A DNA stretch of 64,000 nucleotides from the human T2T-CHM13v2.0 reference genome, Homo sapiens. Numbering within the stretch: the stretch's first letter is position 1; each line of letters begins with the position of its first letter. The position numbers were made by a program, and so were the translations under genes. This document shows positions 40,010 through 52,913 of this stretch, piece by piece. The stretch lies in NCBI RefSeq assembly GCF_009914755.1, contig NC_060933.1; one strand, 5' to 3'. The notes beneath the pieces were generated by a model that saw only the letters and a list, made by a program, of their open reading frames with translations, ran no database searches and was not told where the DNA came from.

Positions 40010-40555
40010 GTGAGTGCTCTTCATTCTCCTACATGTTCAGCAGTACTAACGACTCAGACCCTTCAGGAATGAATGTTTGAGTCATTCCACTGAGCAAAGA
40101 ACCACAACCAGCTGAGGTGTGTGCTGAGTGTGAAGGAAATATGAAATAGATTGAAAGAAGATAGTTATTTACAAGGTGCAACCATGTGACCAGTTTCAGG
40201 AAAGAGGACTGTAATAGTCATGAGTATTTTTTGTTTGTTTTGACATGAATATGTTTATATGTATATACGTGTGTGTGTGTATATATATATATACACAAAA
40301 TATTGTTGTTTTATCACCTCTCTGATTTTCTTATTATTTATCTCAGTATTTAATTTACAGGATATCAAAGGAGAAGAGTAGTAACCACTGAAAGACTTCA
40401 TATACTTTTCTGGAGAACAGCTTAGCCTATTTTTGACTGAACATGAGACAGTTGTATCATATTATGCAGAAGTATAACTCTGTTACTGTCTGTATTTGGA
40501 GATTCAGTGAGGTTTTAAGATATGTTTATAGATGTCAAGTTGAGAACAGGTGAAC
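40010..40555 (+). mobile_element. ERVL internal 3' end (integrase C-terminus remnant plus PPT)
   Basis: cagacccttcaggaatgaatgtttgagtcattccac...ccagctgaggtg...ccatgtgaccagtttcaggaaagaggactgtaatagtcatgag; ends gtcaagttgagaacaggtgaac. Confidence 0.8.
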
Positions 40556-41072
40556 TGCAGTGGCTTTTGATGTATCAAATTTGCTCTTCTATACTATAGT
40601 TTCCAGAGTTCCCTTTCTACTACTTTTACAGTTAAACTGAGCTTCAAGGGATGTTCTCTTGCAAAAGTTGAATATTGGAAGGAAGCCGTCATTTTGTAGC
40701 ATGCATATACCTTCTTCTAGTTATTCAATAAAACAATAAACTAGTTGCTACTTTAAAGAGAGTTTTGCAGATGTGATTAAAGTATCTGATCAATTAACTA
40801 TAAGTTAATCAGTTGTGCAGTCTTTAAAAGAGGGTTTAGGCCTTCTCTGAGTTAAGAGAACACTGCCTGTAAACAACACATTTTAGATTGGGACTCCATC
40901 CCACTTGTAATTTCCCTTCTCGGTTGTCTGCTCTAAAGATTTCAGATTTGTTTACATGTATATATCCTCACATATTTACCCCAAAATATATATGTTTGGG
41001 TAAATATGCAGAGATAGATAGATATATCCATCCTACTAATTCTGCTTCTCCAATCAAACACTGACAAATATA
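40556..41072 (+). mobile_element. MLT2-family LTR (old; 3' LTR of the ERVL remnant)
   Basis: Follows the PPT; tgcagtggcttttgatgtatcaaatttg...ttttgcagatgtgattaaag...cctactaattctgcttctcc...ctgacaaata. Confidence 0.7.
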
Positions 41073-42285
41073 AGCATTGTTAAGAAAGATTTCTAGTCAA
41101 GAGGTATCTTTGTTATCATATATATAACAAAGGCAATAGCATTAACAACAACATACAGCCTGTTAACCCATCAACTATTTTTCAATAAATGCATCTTTCA
41201 ATATCATAGTTTCAAATCCTAGATGGAGTTAGTATCTAAGTTTCAACATATATTTAACACATTGCTTGTTTCTGTTATAAAATATTATCTATCATTAATC
41301 AGAAAGATAATTATTTTGTTATTGTTTACATTCTAATAGTGCAGGTTTATTGTTTCATTTCATAATTTAGGAGGGAATTGTCAATTTATGTATTGAACAC
41401 TATAAATCACATAATAGAGCTAAATACTAATTTGATTATATACTTATATTTCCATTTTCTGCAGGCATGGTAACTACAAACCATGCTTTCAAGGTCCTTG
41501 TGACATTATCAATCTATTAATTATCTTATTTTATTTGACTCCACTGTACAGACTCCGCAGGAAGTATTTGATCCAGGACGATTTAGTGACCTCTTTCAAA
41601 TGGCTAAGTTGGGAACCAGGGGAAAAAAATGCAGCGAGCTACATAGTAAGAGGGCATATTAACCTTAACTGCTTTGACATCAAGATACTGCTCTTTGTTT
41701 CATGGTGTAAGGGATAAATGAAATAAGAAAACAAGATAAAATAGTTGACTAACTCACATTGAGATAAATTTTGTTTTAAGCCCTTTTCGATTAAAGAAGT
41801 GCATTATCTCACACTTTACAAAGAAATATACTTTTAAAAAATAACATAAAGGGAATCTCTAAAATTAACATTAAATCCAAATATTCAGTCATTCAGCTCA
41901 ACTTCAGCCAATTAGCAATTTTCAGAATTAGGACCAGAACCCAGGACTAACTGGCCAGTTTTTGGGCTACAATACAATGTTGGGTTTCCTTTTACTAGGG
42001 CATCTAGCTGATGTGCCTACCTCCTAGGTGCTGTTCCAGGTTCTGAGAGTGTGAAATGACTGGCCTGCATCCTATGCAAGCATTAACTCTAGTTGATTTT
42101 CTAAGACCAATCCCTTACAGGTGTATGAATAAGTATGTCATAGTAAAGATCCCCATTAGCTAGTTTGCAGCAGAGCTCCAAATTCCCAAAGTAGGGAGGA
42201 GCTTTCCTCATCCATCCTTGCTGCTCTTCTTAGACCAGATTGGAAAGCCTCTGCATTTCTTGTTTTTTCCGTTCTCTGATACAAG

Positions 42286-42332
<47 letters not shown>
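42286..42332. repeat. GCGCG followed by (CA)21 microsatellite
   Basis: Read directly from the sequence. Confidence 0.97.
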
Positions 42333-42335
<3 letters not shown>

Positions 42336-42653
42336 GTTCTAGATAAAATCCCAAGGTTCTCCTTGCATTATTACACTGGACTCCAGCTGAACTCTGGTTC
42401 CGTACCAAAAGAAGAATCATGTTACCTTCTTCCTGATCTGCAGGGAAAATATGCCTAAAAACAGTGTTCATAAATTTGGAAATAGAAAAATACTATGATT
42501 ATATCATCTAACCTACTAAATAATTATGATATATCCAACAGAGTAAAACGTTTGCTTCTTCAAATGAGTTTAAAAATGCAATAATTTAAGCATATGGATA
42601 TTTATCACAATTTAGATTGGTAATTTATATATATATATATAAATACACATATA

Positions 42654-43540
<887 letters not shown>

Positions 43541-45327
43541 TATATATGGTCAGTAAACACAAGTCAGTAAATTCAAATTAGTAAAATATCATGCTTTGAA
43601 AGATGTAAATAGACAGAAATGTCAAAATTTATAATAAATATGGGGTTATGAATAAATGTGTTAACTACCTGATATTTTCTAAAATGAAAATATACTAACT
43701 GTAAAATAATGCTTTACTAGAATAAGCAGTTTTGATTCTCTGCTCTAGAGAATAACTTAAACATCATTAGAAGGATCCAGATCTTCAAACTGCATTTTTT
43801 TAAACTAAATAAAGCTGACATTTAATTATCCACTTTGGAGTATTCATATTAAATCACATAGTATGGATAATCAAAAGTTGTTAACTTCATTGTAAACTAA
43901 AGGAACTAAAACATTAAATGAAGACATTATTATTTTAAGTGAATATTTTTATTTTCAGAAGCATAAATTTCTTTTTTGTTATCTTGTTTGAGTGGTTTAT
44001 TTTTTATTAATGTGTGTGTATGTGGATGTGTGTGTGTGTCTTTCACTACCAAGGAAAGGCAGAATTTAGAAGGTAAAGAGGAAAATGAATCAGAAAGAAA
44101 CAAAAATTTCACAGTGATATTTCAACAATACATTTAATTTTTATTCTAATGTTCTAAGCAATATATGGAAATGACTGCCTTTTATAAAAGCAATTTTCTT
44201 TCTGGCTTGATGAAAGTAAAAAATCCCTGTATGTTCAAATTCATTTCAAACTTCAAAGGACAGAACAGCCTTGGCGTTGGCGTGGTTCTTGCAAGCAGTT
44301 GGGTAAATTGACTACATAATGAGTCCTTGGCTGTTCCTAACCAAAACTTTGTTGGACAGGTTCATTTACAATCCTCAAACAGCATGACCTTCCATCTGGC
44401 TTAATGGCCCCTGGATTGTTGCAAATGCGACCTGACATTTCCTTATGGGTGAGTTATTAAATTATATCACAGAATACAATAACATAATTTGGTTTCAGAG
44501 CCTAAGTGAAAGTGATAGTCCAGCAGATTAAGATGTAAAATTCCTTTGCAAAATTAAGTTATTTATAATCTGATGCATACCTCCTTGTTTTATCTGCCAT
44601 ATAATATAATTACTTTCCACAGTACAGTAGCTGCATAAACTGACAATGCTGACAGAACAGAAATGGCATTTGAAGAGGAGAAAAGAACTTCAGTGGTCAG
44701 GTAACTGACTTTTATAGTTATCTTTCTAAACTGAAATCACTTGCAATTTTTGCTTTTCTTTTCCTTAATGGAATTGATCCATTAAGCAGTGCTTCTCTCT
44801 TTTGCCTAATAGTATTAGACATACTTAACTCTATGAGCTACAGTTTCTTAATTCATCCTGAAATATCTGCTTTGACATGACTAATACCAATATATTTTTA
44901 AATTTAGGGTTTTATCTATTTAGCTGCTTCTATCAGCTGTGGTTTAGTGAAAAATAAACCAATGTCTCATTTGTTACTGTATCGGATATTGGAATTACTA
45001 ACTGTGACTCTTGAATGGTTTGGATAAATTTCAAAGACCAATAAAGCTAAAAGAACAACATATTTCTACAATTATTCATAAACAATGTGAAATTTCCTTT
45101 AGTCAGATTTTTTACCATTAAGAAAAGAAAGATTTGAAGGTAGGATTTGCCTATAGCGACAACTAGAATTTTCATTCTAACAGATTCTTCTGGTGTACTT
45201 CACAGTGAAGAACTCTGCTCTGCCTGTGTTTAGTCTCTTTTGTAGAATTTTCTAACTTTCCAAAGCATTTACCCTTATTCTGTTCACTCACAGGTGCTGT
45301 TTATCATCAGCACAGTTTTAGTTGAAT

Positions 45328-45745
45328 ATTCATTCAAGCAAATTTTTTTAGCATCTACTAATCAGGCACTGTGCTAGGTTTTATAAAAATAAGGATAGCA
45401 ATAGAAATAATGACAATATAAACTAAAACGTGGTATAATACAAGATCCACTAGGGTAGAGATCTATCTTAATTCACATGTGTGCTCCAAGTGACTAAGAT
45501 GCACCTGAAACATAAGAGGAGTTCAGTAAACATTTGTGGAATAGCACTTGCTGTGTGTTCCACTTGCATATTCTCATGGAACTTTTAAGATGTCCCTAGT
45601 GGTAGATACTATTTTTCATATGAGGAAATTAATGCAAAAATATGTTAAATTACTCTTCCAACATCTTGTCTGATAATAGCCAATCATGTATTGAAGCCAG
45701 AGTCTGATTCCAGCGACTGTTCTTTGAGCAATTATCTTATTGCCT
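45328..45745. mobile_element. L2 3' ends (minus then plus) followed by MIR (minus)
   Basis: cattcaagcaaatt...caggcactgtgctagg; gttcagtaaacatttgtggaat; atgaggaaattaatgc...ttgaagccagagtctgattccag. Confidence 0.6.
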
Positions 45746-46749
45746 CTTCCTGCCCTCAGGAAGCACACTCACAAGTTTATTCTGATGAAGACATCCAAAA
45801 TTAAGTTTACTAGATGGTCTTTGCACATTTATGAGGGCATTTTTACACTTAGCTCTAATCTAGATCCATAATGGCACTATATAAATTACAAGAAGTTTCA
45901 ACTCCTTGCCAAAACCAATTTGAGTCAATGGGAGTAACTTCACTTCAAGGAATATCGTTCCTACATCACTGACTTTATCAACAGTTAATTCTTTGCACAT
46001 TCTATCTTCCAAACTACATCACTTATAGTTTTAGTGCTAAGATTAAAGCTGATTTCCTGCATTAGGCATTTCCTCATTTAACAGTATTTACTAGTTCATG
46101 AACCTCTTTATTTAATTGGACTGTCTATATAAATCCAAATAACATTACATCAGAAGGAAAGCGTCAAACTTATGTGAAGTAATGAAACCTTACAAAATGA
46201 ATATTTTTCTTCTTTCTAAATTGTTGAATAACAGCATTTCTACTGATTACCTATCTTTCCCCGCTCCTCAAAATATAAAAAATCCACACACACTCTGTCA
46301 CACATGTGTATTATCGTTTTATTTTGGAAGGGTTAGAGATTTGAACTAGTGACCATAATATTTCTTAAGGTCATCCCATACCCTAAATAAATACAGAAAC
46401 CAGGTCTTCTCTATACTGTTAACGTTTGCACATGGTTCCTTCTTGAGAGTTAGAGGAACCCAGAGAGTGCTCAATAAATGCCATAGTTATTTCTACATCA
46501 TGGCATTTAAAGCTTGAAACTTACTTTCCAAACTAAAGCTAGGATTTTCTTTGTAACTCTTTAGGAAAACTATAAGACAAGTAATCAATGTTTTACACCT
46601 GAAGATACAGACTCTGAAGTTTAAAAAAATAGTGACGGGGATCAGCCATCTAGTGGAGTCATGGATTTCCACTTTGCTTTTTTTTGAGATGAATGATTTA
46701 GCCAATACTATAAAATATTATCACCTTGTTACATAGCTATTATGAGTTA

Positions 46750-47085
46750 AGTCCCTCCAACTACCTCTCTATCCTACCATAAATCCCCTCTTTATCATGT
46801 ATGCTCCAGCCAAATGAATAGCCAATTCAATGGTTCTTTTCCTGCCTCAGGGACTCTGTTCATTTGTTCTTACCCTGGTGGACAGCCACTGCTCCCACTG
46901 CTTCTTCCTTCCTAAGCCTCCACAGACTGAAATCCTACTAGTCCTAAAGGGTCAAATTCAGCGATTAGCTACTCTCTAATATCCTGTTTACCAAATGAAT
47001 GTAAATTCTCCATGTGCTACATTCCCTTACTCACAGTTTACCCCTAAACAGAAGTTACCTTACACAGTCTTATACTGTAGTTGTC
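46750..47085 (+). mobile_element. L2 fragment
   Basis: tatgctccagcc...ttcctgcctcagggactctgttcatttgttcttaccctgg. Confidence 0.65.
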
Positions 47086-47142
47086 CTTAATCTCAACTTA
47101 GTTTACTTCCTAGGTTATAACTATCCAAATGTAAAGGAAATA

Positions 47143-48456
47143 TGTGGAAACTTAAAAAAATTCAAGAAAAAAATTGAATTAAAAGATAAAAATAAAAAAT
47201 ATAAACTTTACATTTCAACATAAGCTTCATCAGGTTCAAGACATTTTTGTAAGCAATGAAACCAACCATTTAATCCATCCCTAAAGAACTGAGAGTCTTG
47301 GTAATTTAACCATGCCAATGTAGTCATTTTACATTACGACCTAAAAAAATGGGTGCCCTCTACAATAGTTTTTAAGATTAGGAAACAAAAATAATTCAGA
47401 AGGAGCCAAATTAGGACTGTAAGGTGGGTGCCAAATGACTTTCAAAAAAAAAAAAAAAAAAACCTCTCACAAAATTGTTCTTGTTTGATGAGAAGAATGA
47501 ACAGAAACTTTGTAATGGTGAAGAAAAACTCTATTGAAGCTTTCCTGGCTTTTTTTCTGCTAAAGATTTAACCAAGTTTCTCCAAATACTATCATAATAA
47601 GCAAAGTTAATATGCTTGAGCCCTCCAGAAAGTCAACAAGTAAAATACATTAAGTGTACCAACACACTATTATTATGAGCTTTGATCTTGACCAGTTAAC
47701 TTTTGCTTTGACTGGACCAGTTTCACCTCCTGGTTGCCTCCTGGTTGCCATTGTTTTGAATGTGCTTTGTCTTCAGGAGTATACTGGTAAAGCTATGTTT
47801 TATCTTTTGTTACAGTTCTTCATAGGAATACTTCAGGATATTTATCTCACTTGTGTACAATTTCCATTGAAAACTCTGCCCTTGTCTGAATTTGATCTGG
47901 GTGCAATGGTTTGGGCAGTCACCAAATGGGAAGTTTGCTCAAGTTTTCCCGTCGAAATTGTGTAAGCTGAACCAACTGAGGTACCTGTGGCATCAGCTAT
48001 TGTTTGTATTGTTAATCATCAGTTTTCTTCAGTTAGGGCACAAACAAGGTAAATTTTTTCCTCACAGACTGGTGTGGATAGTTTGCCTCTCCAGGCTTCA
48101 TCTTCAACATCATTTTGTCCCTTCTCAAAACAAGTTATTCAATTGTAAATTGCTATTTTATTTGAAGCAATTTGACCCCATAAACTTTTCCTAAATCATC
48201 AGTGATTTCACCATTTTTCCATCTAAGCTTCACCATAAATTTGATGTTTGTTATTGTTTCAATTTTAGCAGAATTCATGTTGCTCTAACAGGGACTCTTT
48301 TCAAACTTATGTCTTATCTTTCTTAGTGCCTCAAGCTAGGCCCTTTGCAGACATGTCATAACAAGTTAGTTCAAGTTTATTTTGGTGGAAAAAAATTTGA
48401 AATGTATGCATAATTTTTCCACAATATGCATCTTCCATGAACTTTTGAAGCTCCTA
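47143..48456 (-). mobile_element. Full-length HSMAR2 mariner DNA transposon (inactive)
   Basis: About 1.3 kb; right end reverse complement cttcaaaagttcatggaagatgcatatt; degenerate left TIR; TA flanks; internal transposase homology. Confidence 0.93.
47208..48278 (-). pseudogene. Hsmar2 transposase pseudogene
   Basis: Minus strand begins MNSAKIETITNIKFMVKLRWKNGEI; catalytic-region motifs read TVTKDKT*, LHHYKV and YSPNLAPSE versus mariner TGDETW, HHDNA and YSPDLAPSD. Confidence 0.9.
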
Positions 48457-48507
48457 TATGCTCTGCTCCCCTCATCACACTCTCACTCTTGCATGAGTAC
48501 ATATACA

Positions 48508-48730
48508 TGTGGTGTGCTAGGGGACTGGCTCCGCCCCCCACACAAAAAAAACAAAGACAGAAAGAGTAGTGATTTTGTGTGTGTGTGTTTGACTATTTGA
48601 GTGGTTGGACTATTTTAGTGGTGTAAATACTCTTCCCTGGACAATTTCAAGCTACCAGCAGTTTAATAACTACCTTGCAAAATTTCTTAATGTTTTAACA
48701 ATTGGCTCTTGCTCATTTTAAGAGGTAGCT
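48508..48730. mobile_element. MER63 (hAT-Blackjack)
   Basis: gtggtgtgct...gtggtgtaaatactcttccctggacaatttcaagctacc...tttaacaattggctcttgc. Confidence 0.7.
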
Positions 48731-48980
48731 TATATAAATATATTTACACTAGCATAGTTCTATGTACACAATAAATAAACAATAATAAGCAACAAAGGAG
48801 ATCAGCATGAAAGAGTGTAGCACAGGAAGGTAGGAAACAGGAACCTATAAAGGAAAATCTCAATTTTTCCTGTTTTCTACAGTACTAATAGAGCAAGGCA
48901 GCATAATATTACTCTTCTTTTCCATTATTCTTGAATTCTTGGTGAAGCCTATTCTTGGTCTTCGCAGCCTCTCTCTGTTA

Positions 48981-48983
<3 letters not shown>

Positions 48984-49017
<34 letters not shown>
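48984..49017. repeat. (CA)n microsatellite
   Basis: Read directly from the sequence. Confidence 0.95.
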
Positions 49018-50129
49018 TTTGCCAATGACTTTTCTTCTTTCTTTGGTTCCTCTCATCCAATAGTTAAAATTTAACTCAGCTAGAGGAAAAAATCCATAGT
49101 AGTAGAATTTAAATAATAGAGCACCAGCATCCTACACAATTCATAATGCCCCCTTCAGCAGTCCATTCTACAGGGCTCTTATTCATCCAGGATAGAACAT
49201 TCAAGTCTTATGAGTTTACACATTTGACCTCTTCAGGAGAATAACCGATGTGTTGCTCTCCACTGGCCATTACTCTGCCTTTGTCATCTTCATAGCTAAT
49301 GGTCCTTTAGGGGATTCTTGAAATGAAGTTACTAAAATCTCAGTCTGCCTTTGCTTAGGTTCTTGTCATTGGGCACATAGAAGTTACTCAGGAACATGAT
49401 ATTCAATTCTGTCTGAACCAGCCTGCTAGCTAGAAGGCAGCTTTAACATGTATTTAGTTATTCGGTTGCTTTATAAAATTGCACCCATTATAAAAATGCC
49501 CAGGGAATAAACCAAAAAATTAGCACATTAATTATAAGTAAAGCATTATAGAACAACAGTAATTAACAACTCTAGTTTTTAGAGCTATCATTCATGCTGG
49601 GCCACTAATAGAAAAATAACAAGAATGAGAGAGGGCAATATAACTACTGAATGTCAATCTACCTGTTTATCTATCTATCCAACTACCTTCATATCACCCT
49701 ACCTAAGATTTGTAGTCAGTTACCTGGAGTTTTCTGTCTTGATTCTGCTACTTTCTACCATTGAAAAAATACAAAATTCAATTAAATTTACCACTTTCTA
49801 TATTTTTATCTGTAAGAACGATATCTGTTGTACCAGTGGTAGTGTTTCTAATTTCCGGCTTTACATTGTTCCCAGTATTTGTTTCAGTCTTCATTTCCTC
49901 TGACTTACAACAAAAATGGCATACTTTGGAAATCACGCAAAATTATCTAGTTCCATTGAGATGGAAATAGCCTAAACCTGCAGCATAATACATTTAGTCT
50001 AGGGAAATAGGTGAGTTTGATAATAGTGACATTTTCAAAATGAAGTAAGGATTTTTTTCACATATTATACATTTTTCATTGCATATCATTTTAAATATCA
50101 ACTTTTCCTGATCTTTCTTCTAGTTTCTC

Positions 50130-50725
50130 TATAAAGATATTTCTTCCAGGACTATATAATATCCGCTCCTCAGCGTGACCTCCCTGACTAGCATCCTAGG
50201 GTCAGTATTGATGTTTTTATCGTTATTACTATTTTTTTTTTTTGAGACAGAGTCTCACTCTGTTGCCCAGACTGAAGTGCAGTGGCATGATTTTGGCTCG
50301 TGCAACCTCCGCCTCCCAGGTTCAAGCAATTCCCATGTCTTAGCCTCCTAAGTAGCTGGGACTGCAGGCATGTGCCACCACGCCCAGCTAATTTTTGTAT
50401 TTTTAGTGGAGACAGGTTTTCACCATGTTGGACAGGCTGGTCTCAAACTTCTGACCTCAAGTGATGCTCCCACCTTGGCCTCCCGGAGTGCTGGGATTAC
50501 AGGATTGAGCTCACCGTGACAGGCCCATGATTTTTTTTTTCAATAGTTACCATAATGTGTTATTATTTTATTTAATTGTTTCACTTTTTTGTTGCTTTTA
50601 GTAGTTCTTGCACACTAGAATATAAGCCTCCTATTGGCAATTTTAGTGCTTTTTGACCACCTTTATATCCCTAGAACCTAACGTCATATCTGGCACAACA
50701 GATGCCCACTGACTGAATGAATGAG
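50130..50725 (+). mobile_element. L2 3' fragment interrupted by an Alu
   Basis: cactagaatataagcctcc...tatatccctagaacctaacgtcatatctggcaca...tgaatgaatga. Confidence 0.7.
50232..50525 (-). mobile_element. Alu (Sz/Jb-like)
   Basis: T tract, gagacagagtctcactctgttgccc...gacctcaagtgatgctcccaccttggcctccc...ggcc. Confidence 0.95.
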
Positions 50726-52913
50726 AGGCAGACATAATACATGAAATTAGGAAAGACCTAATAAATAATAGTTTTACAATGGAAACAGAAAGCTCATGTG
50801 TTTTTGTGGAAGCAGAGAGTACATCATCCTATACATAGGTCATACTGACGCACCCAAATAAATTAATGGATCAGATAAGAAACATCTCAACCCATCTGTT
50901 TTCCTCACTATCTTAAGTTTTCAAGTCAATAGAATCTCTGGGTCATTGTCTCAATTTAATTCTTATACATGATTTTTTAAAATTTCACGATTCTCTATTT
51001 AGGCACCACAATATTTCTATAAAAATTTTATAAGGGTGTTTTCATAGCCCTAACGTAATTTGCAGCACCTACACATCTTCAAACCTTGAATAATAATAAA
51101 AAGTTATTTTGTATTTAGATTTACACTAAATTTAGGAAGGGTTAATATATTAAATCAACCTACATTTTACTTAAATCCAGTGTTCCTTTTCTTGAGGTTA
51201 AATGGCCTTGCTTTGAGGGTAGAGGAAGACAAAAAAAAAAAAAAAAAAAAGGCCCGCTTGACTTCCACTTGCACATTTTCAAGTGAAAAAGATATCTCAG
51301 TCACTTTTAACACATCTTAATTGCTTCATTATATTTTTATAGAGCACCTGAATTGCTTGGAAGAAGCTTAATTAAAATGGTGCTTGTTTTATAGTTAACA
51401 GAAATGCAAAAAGCACGTATCTTGCGGGACAATCAATCATATTTTTTCTTTGCTGCAGTCTCAAAGACAGTATAGACTGAGCAGATTAATAAGGCACTGA
51501 AACATTTGAGCACCATCAGAATTTAGATGTGTGCATCTTCTTGGACCTAAGCCTCTCATAAACTTTAATATAATCTTTCCTTCAGTCTACGGCATCACTT
51601 AATGAATCGCTGGCCTTAATATATTTTGTGGTCTGACTGTACATTTGCCAATTCTGTGCATTATGGGAGAAAGGAAATTTTCAGTACAGCAGCAGTTATC
51701 ATTAGGCACAAATTCACATTGCATTTATGGTTGGTTTCACTATTATTTTCGGTAGAAATTATTGGAAACTACAAGATATAGTTTGGAGTCATAATTCAGT
51801 GCCAGCCTGCTGTGCGGCTTTGACTAACACTTAATTTATCTGTGTTTACTTCCCTTTCTAAACAAAATGGACTTCTTTCCTGGAGACAGGTGATATAATA
51901 AACATTTTCTGTTTTTGCCTAAAGACTGTTGAAGGTAGAGAGGATAGAAGTATAGAATTTGAGAGTTTATATAGAAAAAAAGCCCTTGCAACACCTGAGA
52001 GGAGCATCTGCAGGGCAATTCCTAGAAGTTTCCAAAATGACTAAGCAGCTCACCATAGGACTCTTGCAACAATGTTGTTCTGACTTGTCACTGACATTTT
52101 TCTTCTTATAATCATAATTGTGTTAGAATTTCTGAGCTTTTTAAAGTCTACACTAGAATCTGCTTTGTTTCTCCTCTGGGAGTGGAAAATTTGGATCTTC
52201 TTTGAAGCACCCCTTACCTGGACTTTTTTGATTATTTACCCAAACCTATAATAAATAATTCATTCATTTGTCATACATTCAATAAATATTATTTTGTACT
52301 ATGTTATTAACACAGATGAAGTCAGATTTTATTGCTTTTGACATCAGGGTCTAATTATTGGACATAGATATGAGATATAGAACATAGACTAGCATGTAAA
52401 CAATGTGATCCTCAGAGCAAGAATGAGATTTTAAACACTAAAATATGTATATTTTGGAGGAAACATTCATAAAGAAAATTTCTTACCAGTACAATATTGC
52501 GTTAAATTTTCTGCATGAATAAAGTAATCTAGCTGTGATTTATTACAAATGCTAGTACACAAGGAGACTCATAGAGTAACATGAATGTCGCAGGCAAACA
52601 GTTAACAATTCTCCTTTACTGGAAGTAATTTTGAATTATAAAATATAATAGAACTAATACTCCTACCTTTCTCCCCACTACAAAAAAAAAAAAATGCACA
52701 CACATACACACACACACATACAGACATTCAGAATAAATTTTAGTTACCTAGACAACAAAGAAAAAAGGAGAATACTCTAAGCTTAGGGTTCAAAACCTCA
52801 GGGTCCTTTTACTATATAGCATAACCTATCATAATAAAAAAATTACCTCTAGTTGGATAAATAACAGTATGGGATAGAATATTTACCCTAGATGTTTAAG
52901 AGAGTGAAGCTGG

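Noticed and set aside
51231-51250. Isolated A20 run as the tail of a processed pseudogene
   Set aside because: No upstream poly(A) signal at the right distance, no TSD and no recognisable body.
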